A DNA stretch of 64,000 nucleotides from Paragordius varius (Eukaryota > Animalia > Nematomorpha), in assembly GCA_964247055.1 (NCBI GenBank), contig OZ176050.1, positions 8,494,001 through 8,558,000 on the forward strand. The letters run 5' to 3'. Below are positions 23,442 through 38,199 of this stretch, piece by piece (position 1 is the first letter of the stretch; each line of letters begins with the position of its first letter). Made by a program: the position numbers and the translations under genes. Below the pieces are notes generated by a model. The model was not told the origin of the DNA. It saw nothing but the letters and a program-made list of their open reading frames with translations, and searched no databases.

Positions 23442-26400
23442 ATTAGAAATGGCAAATATAAGTTTATCATCTGATATATATATCGGTTCAGAATTTAAAT
23501 TATCTTTCATATAATTTTCTATTTAATTTTCAATTATAATTATTCTACGGATTTTACAACTGTTAATATAACTACAGCTTTTATATAAGACAAATAGAGA
23601 AATAACTTTATATACAATATGCTTTAAAACGAATACCGTATATGTATATGTCCTTATACGTTGGAATTATTGGCCATAATTAAATACGACACATATAAAC
23701 AATATTCCTAAATACTTATAATTGATTTAACTTTATATAGTAGTTGTGCTCACAAAAAAGGGGGTAAATATATTTCTTGTCAGGACGTGCACCATTAACC
23801 GATAACTTTATAGATTTTTGACACATTTGCAGATATTTATATATAAAATAATATATCAAAAAATAAAAAAACAGGGCCAAGGAACTTATAGGGACACTGT
23901 ATTAAAAGCTCCTTTCGGAAGATATTTCACCTCAAAAAATTTTAATGAATAATAAGTTTTTTTACATAAATAATATTTAACATTCAAATTCATTTGGGGC
24001 AGTCCCCAGAGCGATTTTAAGATAAACGGTCGCAAAAATATATGTTATATAATTTAAAGCATATTCAAAAATAACCGCATCCCAAATTTTTTAGCGCTAT
24101 ATTTTATTAATTTTTTAAATCGTCGTTTGGTGGCATGTAATAACAAATTATTAATTAACGCTTGATTACCTTATGAGGGTTTATACCCTGAGAAATTATA
24201 AATTGGGATATCTTAAGATATTGGGCTAAATATAAACTATGCCTTTTTTAACGCTAACATTCACAATTCAATAAAAATTTAAAAGGGATTTTTGTAAAAA
24301 AATCTCCATCTCAAACTGCGCCATATTTTCTTTTCTTTATTTTTATCACTATATTATCTTTTAAACCAGTTACTTAGAGCGTATTTAATTTCGAATTAAT
24401 AAATTATGCCATCACTACCCCTTTGCGCACCTGCTACAAAAAATCATTTAAAAAACATATTATGTAAAAAATCCTCATCTCAAACTTTCATCAATTTTCT
24501 TTGGTTAAAATGCTTATGCAAAAAGGATATATACTATAGTTAAAAACAAATAATTGACTTTAAAAGCTTTTAGAAACATTTTAGGGAAGAATTTTTGTGA
24601 TTTATCGATTTTTAAGTCAGTTCTATTAGGGGTTTTACAACTATTCAACATTCGAACTTCAAAATTTAGAAAATAAAATTATACGATTTTTTTTATTAAA
24701 TAAGAGAGAACAATGTTTAATCATTAAATATTAAGCCACCTTCAAAAGAGTATTATCTGAGCTACAAAACTATCTAAAATGTAATCGTTTCCAAAAAATC
24801 AAAACATGTTAGAGTTTTATATCACTAATGCAACAGACAAATGTATATCTTGGTATTATTATAATTAACTCTAGAATGCCTTTAAATTTGATTTTGACGG
24901 CTTTTTTTATTAGAACAGCTGTTTGTTCCCATCGGTTTTGTAGCTATCTCAATTTTGGACACTAAAAGTTAGAAAACTGTTAAAATGTAATCGTCTACGA
25001 AAAAGGAAGGGGTAAGGACATTTTTCTATCCTTATTTAAATTTGCTCTTTAATTAGATTCGAATCTAAAAACACAAATTGCTAAATCGATTTGTCATTCG
25101 GCGATTTAATTACCATAAAATAAAAATTTATATGCAATTGCACATGCCAGTACTCCTAAAAATATTGCAGAAACCTTGTATTATATAATTACCCATTGTA
25201 TTAATCCTGAATAAACGACCTCTTTAGAACCTTTATTCCATTTATAATAAATAATTTTCTGTATTTGAAAAGTGCCAGTTATTGGTGGGGTGGATATCCA
25301 TACTTCGCATAGTAAATTAAAAAAAACTAAATTTATATTCCGACAAGGCAAATCATTTGATGAAAATTATACAAAATCATAATTCATTTAAAATATGTGG
25401 CAAATAAAATAAAAGTATGTTATAATTGATTTTTAACTGAATATTACTTTAATGGAATGAATTTTAAAATATGATGGGATTTAGGAGATCGGTGTTAATT
25501 AAAGCATCTCTCTGCTTGCCTTTATTATAATTTGGGCGATGTTTTAAATGATTTCATACATAATTTGAATGTATAAATATTCTATTTTACGAGGTTAATG
25601 TTCCCCAATTTTAATCACTTATATTGACCATATATATATATATATATATTATATATATTGAAAAAAAGGATTATAAAAACTTCATTCGTTATTTAAATGG
25701 ACGATGCTGGTATATATTTTATAGTAGCAGCGTTACTTAAATCCAGCTTGGACATCCAGATTGTTTGTTACAAGGATTTCCACATCTATTTGTTTTTTTG
25801 AAATATTTTTTCCATATCGGTTTCAAATCTTGATAATTCGCACCTGAATCCTTTAATTTGTTTCAAGTTTTTTTTAATTTTTCGCGGCCCCCTTAGATTT
25901 TTCTATGCCCCCCCTTTAGGGAACCACAGTATTTAAATTTCTCTAAAATGCTTAAATCCTAATCGATTAAAAAAAGATCATGTGTGCTTATATTACGGTC
26001 TTGATAGTTTTTTTGTTCGTGCGCCGTGGTTCTGTGCCGTTTAAATCATCAAGTTGAGCAGTTAACCATAAACCTCACTCAATTATGCCTTTAACAACAC
26101 TACCTTTCGGCACCTGAATATTTTATGTAAAATAATCCATTTTTCTTTAAGTGTATAATGTCTATCAATATCACGACATACACTCTAACTAAAATTCTAT
26201 TTCATTCTGGAAGTAGCCATTTGTTTTTCAAAACTTATATCTTTGAAAAAACGAAATCAAAATTATTAATACCATCATGGTGAATCCAAGATAATACTTG
26301 GTGTAAGTTAATAGAATTGAGGTGCAAGAAGTTCATTCTATGTAATATACCACGATGATTATAGCGATGAAAACAGTTGATAACCACTGTCTCATCACTT

Positions 26401-26598
26401 TCATTTATATTCACCCTTTATTACACATAAAAGGTGAATATCAACTATACGTCGAAGTTTAATTACTGATACAAATTTATTGCAATAACTGTTTCTTGTA
26501 TCATGTGAGATTCATGTTATATATCTTACAAATGACGGATTCTAATAAATATTTTTTCTGCAAACTTATTAATACTATACGAGCATTTTGGTATTTAT

Positions 26599-27302
26599 CA
26601 GGGCTTCGAACCGGAACCCGGTCGCTGAGATTTTAGCAGACGCCAATTTCATTATGGAATGCCCCGCTTCTGTTTCCAAAATATGAGGAATCACACGGTT
26701 TTATTCTCAAATTCTTGACCAGCCCTTCCGGCTCCACATCTAAAATAAGTGGTTCCCACATTATTTTAAATAAAATTTATTGAAAATAATAAATTTTGAT
26801 TGCATGATAACATTTTTTCTGGATTCCCATCAAAATGGAATGACCATTATAATTTTAAAATTTGTTTTAAAATTTAAATTCATAACATTTTTTTCTCCCA
26901 TTAAAATAAAACCTTGACAATTCATTTTACTTGAAGAGTACCACATACATTATTTACGTAAATTACTTCAATTTATAGATTATAATAACATTTATCAAAT
27001 GAAATGAACTTCTTTCAAAAACCCTTACATTGAAGTATAATGGCTTAGTAAAGGGGAAAAAACGACAAATTTATCCATGTTATGCCCTCGAATATTCTTC
27101 CAAAAATTTACATAATGTATGAAAATCATTAAATGAAAACAGAAACAAAATAAAACCGGTTCCAGGACCGTTAAATTTTTAAGTAACAACCCGGTCAGGT
27201 TTCGTTTGCTCGGGGACCATACCTGTTCTAAAACTTTAGGAACCACCCCGATTCCTTAACCAGGCCAGTTCCACTTTTTTCGACCGGGTTCAAAGCCCTC
27301 CA
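26599..27302. mobile_element. hAT-type MITE
   Basis: CAGGGCTTCGAACC / GGTTCAAAGCCCTC ends; 8-bp direct repeat GTATTTAT at 26591-26598 and 27303-27310. Confidence 0.75.
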
Positions 27303-28072
27303 GTATTTATCGATATACTCTGCAAGACATACCCAATTATTTATTGTGGTATAATCAGGTTTTACATTTGTACATAAAAATCCTTAGTGCGAATTTCCTT
27401 ACTGATACGTCTATTTGGTCATATTTAAGCGAATCCGCCATTTCGAAATTCCCTATAATAAACCAACATTATAGTATATTTTAAAACAGATAGATAATAA
27501 CATTAGTATAAGACAGCCTTTGCAATCATTTATTAATAATTTATTGGGAAAGAATTAAAGTTTATAAATTATGATTTAACACATTTTTGTTCTATTCTTA
27601 TTACATAAATATAATGTACATTAAAGATTTGATTGAAATGCGAATGACCCTGTGAATTTTTATTGTTACATACTTTGATATAATAATAATAATAATAAAG
27701 CTATTTAAAACAAAAATATATAAAGCAATACTAGGCAAAATTATTGTGGTGGTTTTCTGTTTTTCAAATATGCCATTTGACATAAAATATAAAAAAAATT
27801 TAAATGGACTGCTTGTGCGTACAACTTTTACTACGAATATGGTTGTCATCACAATTTTAATATTTTTATGGTGCCAAATCTCCAAATTTTAAATTTATAT
27901 ATAATTTTATAAAATAATTAACGTATAACAACCAAATATACTTGTGTAAAAGCAAAAACTTGATTGACGCGACAAAGTGACATGTGTTAATTATAATAAA
28001 TATTAAAAATTGGCAAAACAATTACATTTTATTGTACTTTTTAACCTAATACATTTAAAGAAAGTAGGGGAG

Positions 28073-30514
28073 TTATGATTCAACATCAAGAATAGACGAT
28101 GGATTTTCGTCTTCATCGCAAAGAGTGGCACACACAGAAGAGGGATTATTAATGTTGTTGTCGAATGAGTGATCATTATTAAAGGCATTTGTGTTCAAAT
28201 ATGTCGTTACATCATTATTAAAAATGTATTTAGCATTATTAATAGTAGTAAATAATGAGAGAGACGAAATAGTGTGATTAGACTTTTGCGTTTGTTGCAC
28301 TAACGTAATTTGATCATTGACATTAAAGGTACCACTATTGTTAAACTTAACAGGATGTGAAAAGTTTGGTACAGATAACACGGGGAAAGAGTTGTTGTTT
28401 TTGGTAAGAGAACAACCAGAAATAAGCGTTGTACCGATGCTTGTTGAAGAATAGTCATTGTCACTTTCTACCATAGTGATTTCATCTTGGCTAAAGGTAG
28501 AATCTGTATTATTATCTTCCATTAGATGAGAATCAAAATCATCGAAAGTTGTTGTGGCATTCGGGCTCAGCCGTTGGTCCATAGGTGTTGGGGGTTCTGC
28601 TGCTATACTTTGGGTTTTATGCGTTTTGGAGTGCTTATTAAGGTGGTCACTTCGCATAAACTTTTTGCCACAGTGCGAACAAACAAATCGTTTTTCGCCC
28701 GTATGTGTTCTTACATGCCTTTGCAATTCATCCGAACGGGTAAAACTTTTCCCACAAAAAAGCCAATCACAGACAAAAGGCCGCTCCCCTGAATGCCATC
28801 TCAGGTGTGCCTTGAGATGAGATGTTTTTCCATACACTTTGTTACAGCCACTTATGTGACATATGTGATATTTTTTGGTCGTATTATTACTATTAGCATT
28901 GGTCAGACCCGGGTTAGTAGCTGATTCAAAATTTTGGGAGAAATGCGTATCATTGGATGTAGTATGTTGTGATGATGTGTATAAAGAACTTTTATCATTT
29001 ATTCCCAATGTATTATTAGTTAAAGGTTGTGATGACAAACTCACATTTTTTGGAGGTTTTATACAATTCGGACATTTACAACGCCTCGTAGCTGCCTGTG
29101 ATTTGGTTATTGTTTTAAATTTATTATTGATATTACTGCTAGTTGTTAAAGGCATACTGCCCATACCCAAATTTTTACGCTTTGATTGATTAGGAATTGA
29201 TTTGTCCCTTTCTTCATTTCGTTTGTTTTGTTTTTCTTCCATACTTACATGAATGGCTGTTGAGGTAACATTGGCTATCTTTGGATAATGAACTGATTTT
29301 TTAGCGTTTTGTGGTGGCTTATCCCTTACATTATATGGCGTGGTCGTCTTTGTGGGATTAGAGTTATTTATAGTCGTGTTGTTATACAGGGTAGAATCTG
29401 TTTCTGTCCCATTGAAATGTGATGCAATCTTTTGTATTTGTAACAATGTTTCTTGATGAATACGATCACGTATTTGAGTTTCTTTTTCTTCTTCCACTTC
29501 ATTAAGCTTATTTATGATAAAGTTAGAGGTTGGGGGCAACAAATTTTTTTTCTTTTGCACGGTACTTGTATTTGCTTTTGTGGTGGTATTAAAATTAGCG
29601 CCACAACTATTGGGATAATACTTGCATGGAGATTTTATATCATTCGTTGATAAATGGTTGTTATAAGGTGCCCTAATGGTCGAAGAAATGGCCTTTTGAA
29701 ATGGATTGCTCTCATAAATTAAATCTAAATTTTTTACTGCGGGACAATTTGAAATATTATCTTGGTATGTGGTATTAATATTTGCAAAAGGGGTACTATC
29801 AGGATTTGCATTTTTGATAATAGGCTGCTGGCCTATTATTTGATCAATGCTAAATTTAATGGGATTGCGACTCTTTTCCTTATCACTCAACACCGTAGTT
29901 TTCACAATAGGTTCATCATTATGGTTTTGTTTAATTTTTAAAGTTCTCATTTTCTTATGCTGATAAACTGTATTCTCCGGTTGAAACGAATGTTTTTGAA
30001 TTGAATCTTCATTAAAATTACGCACTACAGAATGATATTGATTTGATCCTTCTGGGTTTTTAGCAACTTTGGGCGTATTGGGTGGCGTAACATCAGTTAT
30101 TACTGCTCGACTGTTTTCAGAACACATAGATGCCGATTTCCGAGAACTCATCAGTTGCGGTATTTGACTAGAATCACTATTTAATATGTCATGCAATGGT
30201 GACACACCATTAAATACCTGATGACATGGGTAAAAGTTTTTATACAAGTTAGCTAAATTTTGATTATTTTCAAAGAATTTTTCACAATGGAAGATTTCTT
30301 CTGTTGTATGTAAATGATTGCAATGTTTTGCCCAAAGGGCCTGTTGATAATGATAATTTGTTTCTGTTAATTGATTAGCAGCATTACCATCAACACCGTT
30401 AAGGTTATAATTTTCGTTTATATCATTTACAAGAATAATACTACTGTTAGTATTATTATAATTGAAATGTGCTGGAGGTTGTTGTGGTGAGAAATAGGCA
30501 TTTGTTAATATCAT
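28073..30514 (-). CDS. Sp6-9: Sp/buttonhead-family C2H2 zinc-finger transcription factor (Sp6-9 type), one long coding exon
   Basis: ORF 28073-30544, first ATG at 30514. Btd box RRCKCPNC. Three fingers [25 protein letters not shown] / [25 protein letters not shown] / [23 protein letters not shown]; DWLFCGK is typical of Sp8/9. A short upstream coding exon cannot be excluded. Confidence 0.92.
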   Translation of the reverse strand: MILTNAYFSPQQPPAHFNYNNTNSSIILVNDINENYNLNGVDGNAANQLTETNYHYQQALWAKHCNHLHTTEEIFHCEKFFENNQNLANLYKNFYPCHQVFNGVSPLHDILNSDSSQIPQLMSSRKSASMCSENSRAVITDVTPPNTPKVAKNPEGSNQYHSVVRNFNEDSIQKHSFQPENTVYQHKKMRTLKIKQNHNDEPIVKTTVLSDKEKSRNPIKFSIDQIIGQQPIIKNANPDSTPFANINTTYQDNISNCPAVKNLDLIYESNPFQKAISSTIRAPYNNHLSTNDIKSPCKYYPNSCGANFNTTTKANTSTVQKKKNLLPPTSNFIINKLNEVEEEKETQIRDRIHQETLLQIQKIASHFNGTETDSTLYNNTTINNSNPTKTTTPYNVRDKPPQNAKKSVHYPKIANVTSTAIHVSMEEKQNKRNEERDKSIPNQSKRKNLGMGSMPLTTSSNINNKFKTITKSQAATRRCKCPNCIKPPKNVSLSSQPLTNNTLGINDKSSLYTSSQHTTSNDTHFSQNFESATNPGLTNANSNNTTKKYHICHISGCNKVYGKTSHLKAHLRWHSGERPFVCDWLFCGKSFTRSDELQRHVRTHTGEKRFVCSHCGKKFMRSDHLNKHSKTHKTQSIAAEPPTPMDQRLSPNATTTFDDFDSHLMEDNNTDSTFSQDEITMVESDNDYSSTSIGTTLISGCSLTKNNNSFPVLSVPNFSHPVKFNNSGTFNVNDQITLVQQTQKSNHTISSLSLFTTINNAKYIFNNDVTTYLNTNAFNNDHSFDNNINNPSSVCATLCDEDENPSSILDVES

Positions 30515-33500
30515 TTCTCCGCTATTTTGTTCCTTTATGTGCAAAAACTACACCTTATAATTTATGGTTGTAGATTTACTAGTATATATTCATACATCTG
30601 TACGATTGTCAAGACATAACATATAAAAAGAGATTAAACGGATGCAATTGCAATAATACTAACTAAAATGATTTTGTTCCTTTGTAATGTAAATTAACGA
30701 TGTTTATAAAACCATTGAGCGAAAAAAAGTGTAGAAGCTTAGTTGTTAGATTTTTGTTAGATAGGGTTTTGTGATAGGATATCTAAGTTTTTGCGATATC
30801 TATGTTTGGTTAAAGCTAAGGAACCAAGATTGCTTGTATGATTCGGTGCAAAATATCTAAAAAAAAAGTTGAAAAGTAAATATAAAATATATCTCTTATG
30901 TGAATCGTAACATATAAAACAAATAATTTAATTTTCCTCGATTGTTTGTTAGCTTATAATAATATTACTAATAATCATTAATATTCATGGTGCGCACAAT
31001 CAATTCTGTGTCGAACATTTCTATTGGTTTTATCCAATTATTATTGCTAATATTATGAAATATTAAATCACAATTGATGGTAACACCAAAAAAGAACAAA
31101 TAAAGAGTTTTCACTTTGAAGTATATACAGAAAGTAATCAGTCCCGTAAATATAAACCTGATAATATTTATACGAATAACTAGATTAACTATACTTATTG
31201 AGATTGGTATTCTTTCTTATAATATATAAATATATTTATATCAAATTACATTAATCTTTAAAAACAATTTTACAGCTTCTAAAATGGCATTTATTTTATA
31301 CCAATTTTTTTATACATATAACAGTTAAAATTTATTTGATTATATAATTAAGATGTCTAAAATATTGTACATAAATGCTTTATTCCTAATTGTCAAAAAT
31401 TTGACATTACTTAAATGGCTAAATTTGTTTGTAACACACACACAATTAGATTCAATTAGATTGACATATACCATGTATAAAAAATATTTTTTTTCTGGTG
31501 AAATACAGTAAGCAGATACATTATTGGTTAAAAGGATATTTTAATTGATGATTACATAAAAACTTGATATACTTGCTAATATTTTTCTTTTGTTAGCCAA
31601 TTAATAAGTCTTTATAACTAATATTTTTGTTTTTGTAGCTGTTCAATGTAATTTATATAGATGTCAAAAATGTTATTTAAATTATATATAAAATAACACA
31701 AGACATTGTTTGAGATGACAGCTTGTTGAAAATAAAGTCATTGCCTGACTTTATAGATAGTCATTAAACCCCTTCCAAAAATTAACATTTTGCTGTAAAT
31801 TTTAAAAAAACGGCAAGATCATGATAGGAATAATTTTATTTGGAGCTTAGTTCGCTTCCTTATACGATTTTCTGATTATTTGTAAAGAAAAATAAGTTTG
31901 TTTAAATATTCTTTAATAAATATTTCTAGTTCTTATTTTCTTATTTATGACAAAAATCCTTGCGAGTTAAATATTATTAAAGACTATCAATCGTTAAAAA
32001 ATAATAACTTTTTAATTTTCTTAAAGAAAAAAATGTTTTTATTTATGATAATATAAGGAACTATTTTTTTTAAAAAAAAGTTATAAGTGATATAGGCATA
32101 TTTTACCCACAATATTTTTAAAAAATGCAAATCGCTAAGGCAATATCTAATTTCAAAAAATATTGACTGATTGTAATTTTGCTATATATAACTATCATTT
32201 AATAAATATGAAAAATTTAATAAAATTTTACGCATAAACCATTTAAAATCTAATTAACTGAAATTAGCCCGTTTTTCTTTCTACGTTATAATAATAAAAA
32301 CTATTTTTTACATATTCTTATTGATTGCCAATCTTAATTGGTAAATAAAGTTCAATAAATCCAAAAATATCGATAGGCCCACACGATTGGCGAAATATAA
32401 ATGACAACTATTGAGTGAAAGGTGGTTTTTATAAATTTTTACTTTTACCAGATATATTGTAAATTGGTGTGTTGGATTGTTTTATATCCTTTTAAACTCC
32501 TTGCTTATAAAATTTATATCCTGTCCTAAAAACCAATCTAACCTGTCGAATTCAGAGATTCATCAAAAGAGTCTTCTGAACTTAATAATGAAAACAATAA
32601 ATTGACCATTTGCCTAGTTGATAATACCAACACAAACAGTGCAGACAAATATATTGGATTAAATATTTTAGGAAAATAGTAGAGTTAATTTTTGTTTGAC
32701 TCTATTACATAAAACTAACCATAAATTAATTTTCTCGTATGAAATATGTAAAGAACAGTGGTTATAACCTTTAATCTAATATAAAACCATTTTCCTTTTA
32801 CGTTTTGAGTGTTCTTTTGGAATCATAAAATATATTTAACGCCAGTGTTTCTATAGCAAACCAATAAACAAAGAAACTTCTTTGAGCTGTGTCCACATAA
32901 TTTATGATCCAAATAATTTATATTCCATAAACAAACTTTTTATTGTCTAAAGTATAAATTTTGGCTTAAAGCCTAACTTGCTTGGTGTGTAATAAATATC
33001 ACCAAAATTATGTGCATATCAAAATAAAGTATGACTTTATTATACCATTCATTTATTATGGCCTCACTACAAAACCATATAAAAATTATGGTTCTTATTT
33101 TTGTGTGTGTAGATTAAAGAATTATTAAACTAATCATTCAAAGAGAAAGATGTTCAGTTAATTTATATTCACGGTATAAATCACAAAAAAACAGATTAAG
33201 ATTATATAAATAAGCTATAAAAATTTGTATCAGTAACTTTATTCTAAAGGCATACATTCCAGATACATAATATATTGCCGCCATATTAATAATCCGTCTT
33301 ATATTTCAAATTTTAAAGTCAAATTTTTAGATAGTTTCTGGTAGGAAAATCAAACTACTGTTTATATTTTCGTTCCACGATCGTACCTTTTTTTTCTAAA
33401 GGATATACTGACCATAAGCTCAATGTGACTCTAAGCCTGACTAGTGGCTTGCTGCATGCATACATTTACAATACGATCAAGACGGAGTTAATAACTGTCT

Positions 33501-35223
33501 TGCAGAAAGCCAAAGGCTATATCTCAAAAACTATTAAACATTTTTGAATTCTGAAAATTGGAGGATGGAAATAAAGTAAAATAAATAAATAATTTATTGA
33601 TTTAAATAATTTTGGGCACAAATTTATGTTTTTTAAACCAGATTAAAATAATTTAATAAATAACAATTAGAGGAGAGTTATACATATTTTAGGTAAAACA
33701 AATTAAAAAGGATTAGTGGTTTGCTGATAGCCCAACATGTATCTTTGCACGGTTATTACCAAAGGCTTCTGGAAGATACTTAAATTATTTGACGCTGAAA
33801 ACAATTTTTAAAAGCTTAGTCGATTTTATCATGTATCAGTTTAACGAGTAAAAATAAGCTTTAAATGGCTCTTATTAGTTCATAGAAATGATATTGCACC
33901 GATAAAATTCAGCTGCTCTAAATTCATACCATTCCTAACTAATTACTTCGATGTATATCTATATGAATCGGTTTAGTTTTTTAAAATATAGAGTCAGTAG
34001 TTTTGGTCAATTGAAAAAATTCTCTAGTAAATATAAGTTTAGATATACCAGAAAAGCGTCATCGCGTGAACGACTTGAAGAAGCGGTATCATAATCATAT
34101 ATATCTATATGTCTTATCTTCTTGCCTAAAAAATCAAATATATAGATATTTCCTACACAGAGTGAGGCCGGTATTGATAGAACCCCAAAACACGAAGAAT
34201 ATAATGGCGTAAATACAACGGTATATATATTTTCCTCCTACTAAAGAATGCTTGTAACCGGTATCAAAATCAGATTTACTGCACAGAGATATTGAAATCA
34301 ATTATGCACCATTTATCTATTCTAAATCGTCCATAAATTAACTTCGCAATCTATTTTTTTGTTTATCTTTTCTCACGCTTTTTCCCTTTTAGGAATGAAT
34401 ATATAATAGAAAGGGCGCCATTAAACTCTATAAAAAGTAGCCGGTTCCAAGTACGACAATTCCTTAAAAATATATGGAATATAAATTAAAACTATAATGG
34501 GTTGAGAAAGTCAGTCCGAATATCTATAATAAAATTTTTTATATACTAGTGTTTAAGTATAAAAATTAATGTTAGGGTAAATAATTATTTCGTCGTTTTT
34601 TATGTTTAATATGTAAGTTTCCTGGTTTCTAAAAATTATAAAACTGTGTAGCTTGGTTAAGCTCTCGTAGATAAATTCGGCTCCCACATCTGTTTTAACT
34701 ACAATTAATTCTGGAATATATTGAAACCTTTTGCAGTTGTAGATTTAATTAAAAAATATCTAAATCTAGTTAATTTTGGTAAACAATTTTCCCTCTCATT
34801 AACCTTGTTTAGCGCCCCTGAGCAACGACTGCACAGGCCTAAAATTCAATGTGTCCACTGCAAAACATATTATAACAACATTTTTAAAATTATGATTTAA
34901 GTAAGACTTTATTAAATTTTGACACAAAATTACCAGCTGTAGAAAGTAATGAAATTTTGGTAATATTATAATATACAAAAATTTGGATCAAATTCACTCA
35001 TTGATAATTCCATCAAAATTATTACATATCCGTGCATATCTTTATATGAATGCAGCCCCTCCATTTTCAGGCCTTAAATGCCCGCGAAGCCATTTGTTAC
35101 AGACACCCCTGATATGAACAATTTTCTTTTGTTGAAACATTAACTAGAGTGCAGAGACTTGGTATATAATTATATTTACTGTAAATTACTCTAGATGATT
35201 GTTTAATATAAGATGCACTATAT

Positions 35224-35506
35224 CAGGGGTGCCCAACATGCAGCATGCGAAAAATTTGAAAACTACCAAAAAATACAAATTCCTCAATTCAAAAAATTTG
35301 CTCATTAAATCTTGGTAAAATTGATAATTTTGAAAAAAATTCTGAACAAGTCCTTCCAATCGGCAACAAACTAGCAACAATTGGTGATTTCGCCATTTTT
35401 TCACAGTCTAATAAAATATTATAATGCCCATATATTTTTTCAAGTCAACCCGCCAGATTTGATTCGAAAATGCGGCCCGGAAAGCCATTTGTGTTGGACA
35501 CCCCAG
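35224..35506. mobile_element. Old hAT-type MITE
   Basis: CAGGGGTGCCCAAC / GTTGGACACCCCAG ends; related to 37505-37808; no TSD retained. Confidence 0.55.
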
Positions 35507-37350
35507 ATTGTTTTGATCATTCATTTAAATTGTATATATTTATTTGTAAAAACCAACTTATATTATTTTTTTGATATTAACAAATGCCTATGTGCCAATG
35601 TCAATATTAAAAACTTGGAAATCAATTATTTTCGCCGATAAGAAATAAAAATAAAATCAAAATCAATAGTTGTAGTAAGAGGGATTAAAGTGATAACATT
35701 GTTAAATATTAGGTTTTATAATCAATTTAACTTTTTAGCAAAACAATAGACAGTTTGTATTAGCATTAATATTATTATCAATGGTTTTGGGACGGATAAG
35801 TCATAAATAATAGTTAGAAAAAACATACATATTTTGCCGACTCACCAGCATTTTTGGTATAAAAACGCTGAGAAATGTTTCTGCCAAAAACCTATCGAAG
35901 CTTTCAAAAATATTGGCCATATATTACTTAGAAATAGATTTTTTAATATATACAATTTTCATTATTTTTTGGGTTAGTTTTATATCCCAAAGTAATTTAA
36001 AATAAATATTTCCTATTTCTGCATAGAAAAATTTTAATTATGTTACACAAAAAAATCTTCATCTCGAACTTTTTCGCCGCCATTTTTTTGTTTGGATTTT
36101 TAAAATTGCTAATACAGCCAAATTAATAAATACTCTGGTTTGAAAATCTAGATAATTAATTTTAGAAACCTTACAATTTTTTTACCAGCAAATTTTTGAT
36201 ATTCATTGATTTTAAATCAGCTGTGTGTTTCAATCGTGCTTTGGAGCTGTCCCAATTTTGGACTCTCAAAATTAAAAAAAATAAAAAAATAAAAGCTTGT
36301 CTAATACAGGAGAACAGTGTTTTATTATTTGAAACAGTAGGTTATTTACAAGGTTCTCTAGCGTACAGGTAATGAAGTTTTAATTTAAATACCGTTTTAA
36401 TAAAATATAAGATATTTAGAGTAAAGAGTTAGTTTGCATTTATCATCAATAGCAATTTGGCCGATAGAATGAGGTTAAAATGCTTTAATACTTGATTCTA
36501 GATTAAAAGAATTTGTTTATGAATGATAGGTTAACAATGCAATTTTTTAGGGCGGGCCCAATACTGAAATTTCACCTGGGATTATACCTTTATGATACAG
36601 ATAATGTTTTTCCTGCGGAGATAAAAATTGCAAAAAATTGTTTGATCTACCTACTTTCATAAATTTTATTTAATTCATTCACCTAATTGAATAGTTTAGG
36701 TGTTTTTTCATAAAAAATAGCTGTGTTGTCCCTTATTTTGGCTGAAAGTGAAGCCATTTTCGTCATATAGTTCACTAATTGAAAATCGATATATCAAAAA
36801 GATAAATGCGTTTTGCTAAAAAAATTTTATTTAAAATTTCATTGTTAAAAAGGGTAATTTACATGTTAGTATGCGCATAAATTTATTTGCCAAGATGTAT
36901 GAAAATTACGTTTTTAAGTCCAATATAGCTAGCTGTGATAAGTTACTACATTCTATTCTTGAATTTAAAAATGTAATTTTAGCAATACGGAAATTGATTA
37001 GTAAATGCGCATGTTTTAGGAAGTGTTATTCATATTTTTTGTCATCCATTTGTTATCAAAGTTTTTTTAGTTTACGGTTGCCAATATAAGTCGGCAAAAT
37101 ATTTTGATAAATATGTTAAATATTTTTGTGAACATTTCTCAAATATAAAAATATGATATTTAAATTAATACATCCCCATTTTCATCTATATCAATGCCCC
37201 CCCCCCCCCCTTCCACAAAAGTCATGGCTCGAACAATTTTTTGCGGTCAAATAAGAATCGCAAAAGGTTTTTCAATAAATGCCTACAAAATTATTTTTAA
37301 TAACTAAAAAAACAATGAAAAGCTATCATTTATAAATCAATAATTGTCCG

Positions 37351-37353
<3 letters not shown>

Positions 37354-37402
<49 letters not shown>
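37354..37402. repeat. (TA)n microsatellite
   Basis: ~24 TA units. Further (TA)n tracts near 5601-5622, 25630-25658, 38579-38612 and 50164-50197. Confidence 0.95.
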
Positions 37403-37408
<6 letters not shown>

Positions 37409-37504
37409 TGGGTTTGGCAAATATTCGAATTCATGAATATTAAAAAAATGAAATAAAAAATTTGATATCTAAATATTGTTAAAGTTGTAGCCCTTAGTTT
37501 AAAA

Positions 37505-37808
37505 CAGGGGTGTCCAACACAAATGGCTTCGCTGGCCGTTAAGCTAAAAAACTCGGCAGGCCGTCGCATTTGAAATATATATGGAGGTTAACAAATATTT
37601 TTTTTAAATTTTAAACATAAGACTGTAAAATGCAGACACAATATAACAATTTTTTCCAGTTCGTTTTCAATTAAATAGACTATTCTGAAAATTTGTCTAC
37701 GAAATATTAATTTTACTATGGTCGAGCATATTTTTGCATATTATGGATTTATAAATTTTTGGCGGGCCGCACACGATGTCTCGGAGGGTCGCAGGTTAGA
37801 CAGCCCTG
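37505..37808. mobile_element. hAT-type MITE
   Basis: CAGGGGTGTCCAAC / GTTAGACAGCCCTG ends with GCGGGCCGC-like subterminal motifs. Confidence 0.65.
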
Positions 37809-37871
37809 ATTTAGTATAATAAAAGGTAGCAGTTAAAGTTTTTTTCTAAATTTTTAATTTCATTTTGTATA

Positions 37872-38199
37872 CACCATTTATAGTTCAAATTTACCCTCAA
37901 ACAATTCATATTCACCCTTGAAAAATTCAAATTCATCCTAAAAATAAATTATGTATTTTCGAACTAAAATAATTCATTATTAATTAGAAATATCTTTATG
38001 GCATAGTTTATTATTTTTTCAGTATTTTAATTTAGAACAAAATTTTATTTTTTTAAAAATATAAAAAAATATAGGTAATTTTTTATCTCAAAAAACATAT
38101 AATTTATTTGAGGGTGAATTTGAATTGTTCGAGAGTAAATTTGAATTGTTCAGGGGTGAAGTTAAATTGTTAAAGGGTGAATTTGAATTGTAAATGGTA
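37872..38199. mobile_element. Small foldback element with 21-bp subrepeats
   Basis: Ends CACCATTTA / TAAATGGTA with TA flanks; 3-4 units of ~TTCAAATTCACCCTTGAACAA per arm. Confidence 0.75.

Noticed and set aside
28526-29650. + strand ORFs overlapping Sp (likewise 21152-21343, 21738-21944, 23329-23514 and 62829-63056 over other genes)
   Set aside because: Antisense shadows of real exons.
30528-30548. Possible 21-nt intron just 5' of the Sp ATG (GTGTAG..CATAAAG)
   Set aside because: No in-frame upstream start found; it could be a UTR intron but cannot be supported without transcripts.
33390-33860. Two ~45-50 aa open stretches in the Sp upstream region
   Set aside because: No motif, splice logic or homology recognised.
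37330-37569. ORFs with IYIYIY runs (also 5431-5628)
   Set aside because: Translation of (TA)n microsatellites.
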